Below, piece after piece: positions 1-5,861 of a stretch of 12,008 bases of DNA. How positions within the stretch are numbered: position 1 is the first letter of the stretch; the number at the start of each line of letters is the position of its first letter. The stretch lies in contig JAQBGU010000072.1 in NCBI GenBank assembly GCA_032128375.1, forward strand, positions 1-12,008. Reading direction: 5' to 3'. The DNA is from Deltaproteobacteria bacterium (GTDB lineage Bacteria; Myxococcota_A; UBA9160; SMWR01). The position numbers and the translations under genes were made by a program. A model generated the notes under the pieces. The model saw only the letters and a program-made list of their open reading frames with translations, was not told where the DNA came from and ran no database searches.

Positions 1-105
1 CCTCTTCGGATCCCTCAATACGCGGCCGAATCCCCATATGAGTCATTTTCTGATTTCTTCGTGCACGATCTGGCAAACTTAAACCGAAGAGCGCTTATTT
101 CAGGT

Positions 106-963
106 CTAGTACCGCGTCAACCCCGGGCGATCGCCAAAACCGAGGTACGCGATCCGTCGGAAGCCGAGATCCATGTCGGCGGCCGATGTGCGAATGGTGC
201 GCTCGTCGACGATTTCGAATTCGTCGAGCGTATCGAGATTCCCCCGCAACCCGTCCGTGATCGGTTCTCGCATCCCGACCTCGATCGCATACGGGGCCGC
301 CTCGCCGCGGTAGGGCTGGAGCTCGCCGCGCCTGGCCCGTTCGACCGAGCGCTTCGCCGAAGCTCGAATCAACTCACGCGCCCGAGACGGGGGAATGACA
401 TCGCCCGCGACATTCGATAGCGCGGTCTTCACGATGACCGCCTCGGCTCACGGCGCACGCCTGCACAACTGCTCGGTCGCGACCTGGTCGCCGCTCAACA
501 TACCGACGGGCACACCGAGTTCACCGGCCCGGATCGCGAAAATTTCGGGCTCTCCGCAATCGGCATCGTTGACCCGCACCGAGCGGAATTTTTCGTACGA
601 GACCGTGTGCGCCATGATGCCGGGTCGCGAACCCGCTCTGGCGTGATGGCCCACGAGCAGTACCACGCCGGTATCGGAATCGAGCGCGGCCATCGTCGTC
701 GCTCCGGGACGCCCGGCCCCACGCACGACGTGGCAACGGGGATCGATTTCGTCGATCAGCAGGTCACACAGATCTTCGACCCCGTGGTTCTCTTCGACCA
801 CCACCTCGGTAGCCCCCGCATCGAATGCGCCCTCGATCGCCGCATTGGCGTCGAGCGTCATCAGGCCACGGTTGCGCTCGAAATCGATGCCGCGCGTGAC
901 GACGTCCGCCCAACGGACGAGCCCGGAGATTCCCTCCATGTCGACACTGATGAAGACCTTCAC
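106..963 (-). pseudogene. dppA: M55-family (DppA-like) D-aminopeptidase, ~285 codons, interrupted by one in-frame TGA at 448-450 (nonsense mutation, sequence error or readthrough)
   Basis: GTG at 963 gives MKVFISVDMEGISG, the typical M55 N-terminus with DxE Zn ligands. ENHG, GHHA, AHT and GE motifs follow. ORFs 448..1002 and 106..432 share one frame and read ...RRAP*AEAVIVKTALS..., ending in TAG at 106-108. Confidence 0.88.
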
Positions 964-971
964 AGCCAGAA

Positions 972-980
972 ACTCTAGCA
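972..980 (-). promoter_or_regulatory. Putative extended -10 box (TGcTAGAGT) for a leaderless dppA transcript
   Basis: The minus strand reads TGC-TAGAGT-ttctggct-GTG: TGn + TANNNT 8 nt before the start codon, with no clear SD. Confidence 0.5.
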
Positions 981-1145
981 GCCAATGGCGGCCTGCCCGC
1001 ATATCGGTATGTGTCTCGTCTGTTGCCGCACATCTGGATCGTCTTCGGTATTCTCAGACGAATCGGACCGCGAAATGTCGTTTGGAGCTCGATGATCAAT
1101 TTTTCACCCATCCCCGAGCATGAGACATTGTGCGTATTCGACTTC

Positions 1146-1193
1146 CTGCGAGGGGAGCTGCGAGGCGAGCTGCGAGACGCCCTGCGAAACGAG
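1146..1193. repeat. Four degenerate tandem 12-bp repeats with an invariant CTGCGA core
   Basis: ctgcgaggggag (1146) ctgcgaggcgag (1158) ctgcgagacgcc (1170) ctgcgaaacgag (1182). Confidence 0.85.
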
Positions 1194-1210
1194 CGAGCTT
1201 GCCAGCAATC

Positions 1211-2239
1211 GTGAAGTTCACAGCAGGAGATCTGGGTTGGGCGGTACTACTGGGGGTTCTGATTGCGATCAGCCCTCAGTCGTCTTCGAAAACCAGCGTG
1301 TCGCTGGCGTGTGGTGCGCTGATGTTCGGCGCGACGCTCTGCTACCGAGCTACCCACCGCCGCCGGCAGAATCTACCGGCGCTCTGGGCGCGCCCTCCAA
1401 TGCTGTTGTGGGTGGTTGGCGGGACGTATCTGTTCTTGTTCAGCTCCGTCGTGTTCTGGCTGACCGAACAGTACATGCATGGCATCTGGTGGAATGGGCA
1501 CAGCTTGTTCGTACCGGTCTTGATGGTCGTGCTGACCACCCGAATCCTGCGCAAAGACTGTGAAAGGGACGGCGAGAAACACGACAGAGAGATCGATGAA
1601 ACGAGCGAAGAGGCGTCGCCGTGGGGGCTGGCTGTAGTTGCCGGCGGGCTCGTGTTGGTGATCATCGATTGCGCACTTCGCAGCCAGTACCTGTCGCTGT
1701 TCGGTCTGCTTCTATGCTTGCCCGGTCTCTCACTGCTGCTTCTGGGTGCCCGAAAGACTCGGCTGCTGTGGCTGCCGCTGCTCCTCAGTCTGTTCATGAT
1801 TCCAATCTCCACGCGATTCGCCGGCGATCTCTACCTGCCGCAGCTGATTTCGCGCGGCATTGTCGGAATCGTAGAACTGATGGGCATGCAGACCGTTCGG
1901 GTTGGGACCTCGGTTTTGATCGCAGAGGGTGGCTTCAACGTCAGTGAGGATTGCAGTGGCTTCGGCGGGGTCTACGCGAGCTTGTGTGTGGCGCTGGTAC
2001 TGGGTACCTACAGCCGCTCTCGCGTCCGCATCGCGCTGTTGATGGTTGTGCCCTGGTTGCTCGCGGTTGCGATCAATATTCCCCGTGGCGTCGTGTTGCT
2101 GCTGGGCGTCAAGTACCTGGGCATGCCGTTTCTGACGACCTTCTGGCACACCGCGAGTGGGATCGTCGCGTTCTGGATCGCCCTGCTGTTGCTCATTGCG
2201 CTGGCCGATCTGCGAACGCTGCGCGAGGAACTCGGATGA
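1211..2239 (+). CDS. Exosortase/archaeosortase family transpeptidase (EpsH/XrtA-like), multi-pass membrane protein; start uncertain (GTG 1211 preferred; the ORF is open from 1130)
   Basis: Many hydrophobic helices. Catalytic-triad contexts are VSEDCSGF (Cys codon 1952-1954), INIPR (N-x-x-R) and FWHTASG (His). N-terminal WNGHSLFVP resembles the exosortase YSHGxLxP motif; PLLLSLFMIPI resembles the PLxxLxFxIP motif. Confidence 0.9.
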   Translation: MKFTAGDLGWAVLLGVLIAISPQSSSKTSVSLACGALMFGATLCYRATHRRRQNLPALWARPPMLLWVVGGTYLFLFSSVVFWLTEQYMHGIWWNGHSLFVPVLMVVLTTRILRKDCERDGEKHDREIDETSEEASPWGLAVVAGGLVLVIIDCALRSQYLSLFGLLLCLPGLSLLLLGARKTRLLWLPLLLSLFMIPISTRFAGDLYLPQLISRGIVGIVELMGMQTVRVGTSVLIAEGGFNVSEDCSGFGGVYASLCVALVLGTYSRSRVRIALLMVVPWLLAVAINIPRGVVLLLGVKYLGMPFLTTFWHTASGIVAFWIALLLLIALADLRTLREELG

Positions 2240-2853
2240 CGCGGCTGTCGAGCCGCTACCTCGCCGTGCTGCTTGTGATGTTGCTCGCGACCGCCGTTCC
2301 GGTGACGGCGCACTACGTCGTGGGCTTGCCAAACGAGGATTGTGACGATCTGGCCGCGTTGAGACGCATGGAAATGAACGGTACATACGGAGTCGCCGAG
2401 TGGAGCAGCCACTACAGCTATGCGGTGAGCCAGTTCACCCGCGGCGACGCGTATGGGGCTCGATTCCTGTGGATTCGCTCTTCGGTACCGCAGCCGTACT
2501 ACGGCGAACGCCCCTTTTTCACGCCGGGCTACTGGACCGATGGGCCGTCGCATCTGGTGTGGATCCAAGTCGACGGGGTGGAAGTACCGATTCGGGTCTG
2601 GCGGCAGCAGGTGCTGGGAAATACAGAAGTCACCGCGATTCTGAGGATCTATCGCGGTCGGCCCGTCGAGGACGTTTTCGAGCCGAGTTTGAATAGTGCC
2701 ATGGAGACGATGTTCAACGGTCCACGACCGGTGAATTTTATTGGGATCACTGGGGGTGGGCCGACTTCACGCGCGGATGCCACGCAAGAGAAACTGGTGA
2801 ATTGGCTCGCCGGAACCTGGAGCCACTATTTGCGCACGTGTGGATCGCAGTGA
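2236..2853 (+). CDS. Exosortase-associated exported protein, probably a divergent EpsI-like protein (205 aa)
   Basis: ATG overlaps the exosortase stop (ATGA, 2236-2239) with SD-like GAGGA at 2225-2229. An N-terminal hydrophobic signal/anchor is followed by a ~180-aa soluble domain. Size and position match EpsI, but the usual HxPxxC motif is not seen. Confidence 0.7.
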   Translation: MTRLSSRYLAVLLVMLLATAVPVTAHYVVGLPNEDCDDLAALRRMEMNGTYGVAEWSSHYSYAVSQFTRGDAYGARFLWIRSSVPQPYYGERPFFTPGYWTDGPSHLVWIQVDGVEVPIRVWRQQVLGNTEVTAILRIYRGRPVEDVFEPSLNSAMETMFNGPRPVNFIGITGGGPTSRADATQEKLVNWLAGTWSHYLRTCGSQ

Positions 2854-2901
2854 CGCCCCGCGGGGAAACAGAAAGGCCGTCACTACCGTTCGCGCGTTGT
2901 A

Positions 2902-2907
2902 TAGACT
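2902..2907 (+). promoter_or_regulatory. Possible -10 box (TAGACT) for the CapK/PaaK-like gene
   Basis: TANNNT in an AT-rich patch (ttgtatagactcataaactc) of the 2854-3026 spacer; no convincing -35. Confidence 0.35.
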
Positions 2908-2947
2908 CATAAACTCACCCATCGGCCCTCGGCGAGGAAGCCTCATG

Positions 2948-3013
2948 GGAGCCCTCAGCAAACGCGGGGGCTTCTAGGCGTCCTGCACATGCGGCCATGC
3001 CGCGCAGGACGTC
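2948..3013 (+). promoter_or_regulatory. Two tandem GC-rich stem-loops immediately 5' of the SD of the ligase gene
   Basis: GGAGCCCTC (2948-2956) pairs with GGGGGCTTC (2966-2974). GGCGTCCTGC (2977-2986) pairs with GCAGGACGTC (3004-3013), with an inner GCGGC-cat-GCCGC stem. SD AAGGAG is at 3017-3022. Confidence 0.55.
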
Positions 3014-3026
3014 ACCAAGGAGTCAA

Positions 3027-4412
3027 ATGCTGTATCGCGTCGGCCGCAAAGTGCTGTCCCGAAACCCCCACTTGATGGTCGGGGTACTGGGCGCGGTCGC
3101 GAAATTGGTACCGCAAGGGATTCGTTACGGACGCGAGTTTCGCAAGACGCGCCGATTCCTACAGAAGAGCCAGTGGTGGAGTGCTGAGAAGCACGCGGAA
3201 TATCAGCTCATCAAACTGAAACAGACGATCGACTACGCGTATCACCAGATTCCGTTCTATCGCGAATCGTTCGACACTCACGGTGTGTCGCCCGACGACC
3301 TCAAAGATCTCGATGACATCCGTCGCTTCCCGACCATGAACAAGCAGACGCTGCTCGCGAACTACGACCGCATTCACGCGTTGGAAGGCGACAAATTGAT
3401 GCCGTTTTGTACCGGCGGTACGACCGGCTCCGGCGTCTGGTTGAACTTCGAGGAGAGCTTCCGGCAGCGCGAGCAGGCGTTCATCTGGCACAACTGGAAT
3501 CGGGTCGGGTACAAACACGGCATGCTCGCCGCGATCTTGCAACACCGCGAGTGCCCGGCGGACATCAACGACGGCATCTGGTACATGGACCGCGTCTCGA
3601 ACGCAATGATCCTGTCCGCGCAGCGGCTGACACACGACTCCGTTGAACGTTACCTGAAAGCCGTGGAGGCACACGGTCCGAAGGTCCTGATCGCGTACCC
3701 CTCGCTCGCGTACCTGTTTGCAACCTATGCGCAGGAGATCGGCTGGGAGAAGAAGGTCTTTGACCTCGTGCTGTGTGGGTCCGAGACGCTCTACGATTTT
3801 CAGCGCCGCCACCTCGAAGCGGTCTTCCAGGCACCCGTCCGGATCCACTATGGACACATCGAGTCGTGCGCGCTGTTTGGCTATTGCAAGGACTCGAACA
3901 TTTATCACGTCCAAAGCGAGTACGGCTTCGCCGAGGTGCTGAGCGAGAGCGGTGTCCCGGCCCAGCCGGGCGAGACCGGTGAAATTGTCGGGACGAGCTT
4001 CGACAACCGATCGGTTCCGCTGATCCGCTTTTGCACCCACGATGTCGCACAGGTCGGCTTTGGCACCTGCAGCTGCGGTCGGAACTATCCGCTGATCGAC
4101 AAGATCGAGGGACGCGAAGGCGACTTCATTCGGACCCGGTCGGGGAAGGTCCACTCACCGATCGTCATCGAATTTCTGATCGATGGACGCGTAGGCTTTG
4201 CCGATCTTCAGATCGTGCAGAACGATCTCGACGAAGTCATCATCAAGGTGGTCCGCGCAGCGAATTTCACACAAGAAGAACTCGATCTGTTCTGCAGTGG
4301 TCTCGAAGAGCGTCTGGAACACGAGGTAGCCGTCGTCACAGAGTTCGTCGACGAAATTCCGCGAACATCGCAGCAGAAGAAGAGCCTGGTCGTCTCGAAC
4401 TTGACCCGCTAG
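3027..4412 (+). CDS. Phenylacetate--CoA ligase family adenylate-forming enzyme, CapK-like (461 aa)
   Basis: SD AAGGAG 4 nt before ATG 3027. ANL/PaaK-type motifs: YAYHQIPFYRE, DDIRRFPTMNK, P-loop TGGTTG, HYGHIE, GEIVGTSFDNRSVPLIRF, CSCGR, IEGREGD, IPRTSQQK. Confidence 0.88.
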   Translation: MLYRVGRKVLSRNPHLMVGVLGAVAKLVPQGIRYGREFRKTRRFLQKSQWWSAEKHAEYQLIKLKQTIDYAYHQIPFYRESFDTHGVSPDDLKDLDDIRRFPTMNKQTLLANYDRIHALEGDKLMPFCTGGTTGSGVWLNFEESFRQREQAFIWHNWNRVGYKHGMLAAILQHRECPADINDGIWYMDRVSNAMILSAQRLTHDSVERYLKAVEAHGPKVLIAYPSLAYLFATYAQEIGWEKKVFDLVLCGSETLYDFQRRHLEAVFQAPVRIHYGHIESCALFGYCKDSNIYHVQSEYGFAEVLSESGVPAQPGETGEIVGTSFDNRSVPLIRFCTHDVAQVGFGTCSCGRNYPLIDKIEGREGDFIRTRSGKVHSPIVIEFLIDGRVGFADLQIVQNDLDEVIIKVVRAANFTQEELDLFCSGLEERLEHEVAVVTEFVDEIPRTSQQKKSLVVSNLTR

Positions 4413-4457
4413 GCGTCTGCGCGGTAGAGCGCCAGTTCCGGCGTGCAGGCGACGACG
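4406..4457. repeat. Dispersed REP/MITE-like hairpin repeat, copy A
   Basis: 47/52 nt identical to 11900-11951. Imperfect palindrome with a GCCA apical loop; its CTAG supplies the TAG stop of the ligase gene. Confidence 0.85.
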
Positions 4458-4475
4458 TCGAAGAATTGGAATGAT

Positions 4476-4502
4476 GCGTCTGCGTAGCAGCGCCAGCTCT
4501 AG
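4476..4502. repeat. Partial copy B of the same repeat
   Basis: GCGTCTGCG matches copy A, and GCGCCAGCTCTAG is identical to copy C. Confidence 0.7.
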
Positions 4503-4539
4503 AGCGCGCACCCGCAGGGAAAGGATCTTGAACAGCCTG

Positions 4540-5079
4540 CTAGTTGGAGTAGGGAGGGTCCGCCAGCGTTCGGATGAATGCGATGATGTTTCGGATCTGC
4601 GCGTCGGACAATGAACTGCTCCACGGCGCCATCATGTCGGACTTGCCCACTGCGGGGCCACCTTCGGAGATGACCTTGAAGAGGTAGTCGTCGCTCAGCG
4701 CGTTCATGTAGTCCCCATCGTTGTGCTTGGCGGGCTGAACCGGCAGTGCTGCGGCAACGGGCCCATCGCCGCCGCCTGTTTGGCCGTGGCACGAGGCACA
4801 GTAGATCTGGTAATCGGCGAGTCCCGTCTTGGCGTCGGCGATCTGCGGCTTCACTGATCCTGCATGATTGGGGAGCGGGCTTTGTGCGGCGTCGTGCGCA
4901 GCCGGAGGGGCGGGCGTAGGCTTGGAGGGAGCAGAGGGCGGGGGCGAAGATGCGGGGCGCGGGGCAGGGTCGGACCCACGAGGCGCAGACGGCACGGATG
5001 CGTCGTCGCAAGCCAGCGCGATCATTCCGACCGCCAGCACCAACAGTGTCAACCCTGAAGCTCGCTCGATTGCACTCAT
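4540..5079 (-). CDS. Monoheme class I c-type cytochrome, predicted lipoprotein with a Pro/Ala/Ser-rich linker (179 aa)
   Basis: Heme motif CASCH and distal Met in SDMMAPW. The hydrophobic leader ends in lipobox-like ALAC. ATG 5079 overlaps the thrH stop (ATGA), with SD GGAGGT 9 nt upstream. Confidence 0.88.
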   Translation of the reverse strand: MSAIERASGLTLLVLAVGMIALACDDASVPSAPRGSDPAPRPASSPPPSAPSKPTPAPPAAHDAAQSPLPNHAGSVKPQIADAKTGLADYQIYCASCHGQTGGGDGPVAAALPVQPAKHNDGDYMNALSDDYLFKVISEGGPAVGKSDMMAPWSSSLSDAQIRNIIAFIRTLADPPYSN

Positions 5080-5687
5080 CTGCACAAGACCTCCGCCTCG
5101 AGAAACGCATCCCGCAACTGCTGGTAGTCCCGAGTCACTGGTAGTTGCGGGAACTCCGCGACGACATTGTCGGGCGGACTGAACAGAATTCCGGCGTCGG
5201 CTTCGAGCAACATCGAGGTGTCGTTGTAGGAATCGCCCGCCGCAATCACTTTCAAGTTCAGCCCGTGAAAAGCCTCCACCGCCCTTCGCTTCTGATCTGC
5301 GAGGCGAAGATGAAAATCGACGATGCGTCCGTGCTCGTTTACTTCCAGGTTGTGACAGAACAGTGTTGGAAACGCGAGCTGCCGCATCAGGGGTTCGGCG
5401 AACTGGTAGAAGGTGTCAGACAGGATGACCAACTGGTAGCGCTCGCGAAGCCAATCGAGAAAGTCGGCTGCGCCTGGAAGCGGCTGCATGGTTCCGATCA
5501 CTTCCTGGATCTGGGCGATACCCAGCCCATGTTCGTCGAGAATTTTCAGGCGCTGCCGCATCAACACGCTGTAATCGGGTTCGTCGCGGGTCGTCCGCCG
5601 CAGCGCGTCGATTCCGGTTCGTTCGGCGACGTTGATCCAGATCTCCGGGACCAGCACACCCTCCAAATCCAGACATGCGACTATCAA
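5076..5687 (-). CDS. thrH: Bifunctional phosphoserine phosphatase / homoserine phosphotransferase ThrH (HAD family, 203 aa)
   Basis: TTG start at 5687 after a purine-rich SD (GGAGAGGGG). ThrH signatures: ACLDLEGVLVPEIW, TTRDEPDY, ILSDTFYQF, FPTLFCH, AAGDSYNDTSML. Confidence 0.95.
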   Translation of the reverse strand: MIVACLDLEGVLVPEIWINVAERTGIDALRRTTRDEPDYSVLMRQRLKILDEHGLGIAQIQEVIGTMQPLPGAADFLDWLRERYQLVILSDTFYQFAEPLMRQLAFPTLFCHNLEVNEHGRIVDFHLRLADQKRRAVEAFHGLNLKVIAAGDSYNDTSMLLEADAGILFSPPDNVVAEFPQLPVTRDYQQLRDAFLEAEVLCR

Positions 5688-5848
5688 GGAAACCCCTCTC
5701 CAATCCGATGCTTTTTGACAGTGGCCCACTGCAGGAACTCAACCCCGGTGTGATGGCCACCCCGGTTACTACCACAAAGGTGAGCGCGAGAGCCCGCCTT
5801 AATTCGTTCGGCGTGCGGGTGCGCCTACCTGGGATCCTGTGTGTTCGA

Positions 5849-5854
5849 TAGGAT
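5849..5854 (+). promoter_or_regulatory. Putative -10 box (TAGGAT) for a leaderless RND operon transcript
   Basis: TAGGAT-gacctag-ATG: TANNNT 7 nt before ATG 5862. The GGA inside it could instead be a weak SD. Confidence 0.4.
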
Positions 5855-5861
5855 GACCTAG

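Noticed and set aside
1..46. Possible start of a minus-strand gene (MTHMGIRPRIEGSEE...) running off the window
   Set aside because: Only 15 codons are visible, with no recognisable motif.
448..450. Genome-wide UGA reassignment (code 4/25) or selenocysteine
   Set aside because: TGA terminates the exosortase, thrH and adaptor genes at coupled ATGA/GTGA overlaps. The site is not a recognisable catalytic Cys position, and the hairpin loop starts only 12 nt after UGA, shorter than the usual bacterial SECIS spacing.
1130..1210. Longer exosortase N-terminus (MRIRLPARGAARRAARR...)
   Set aside because: It is a translation of the tandem repeat, low-complexity and without an SD. It is not excluded, but not preferred.
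1951..2235. 5' part of the 300-aa ORF 1951..2853
   Set aside because: It overlaps the exosortase catalytic region in another frame; ATG 2236 with an SD and coupling is a much better start.
3159..4154. 331-aa antisense ORF (and similar shadow ORFs at 1730..2386, 5145..5753, 8612..9253, 10594..11343, 11129..11725)
   Set aside because: They overlap well-supported genes, show no motifs, and are expected from GC-rich codon bias.
4420..4427. ops/JUMPStart-like CGCGGTAG (also near 11056 and 11914)
   Set aside because: It mismatches GGCGGTAG, lacks the JUMPStart context, and is not upstream of a polysaccharide operon.
4406..4502. CRISPR array or integron attC interpretation of the repeats
   Set aside because: There are only one and a half adjacent degenerate units, with no regular spacers, no cas or integrase gene, and no RYYYAAC...GTTRRRY ends.
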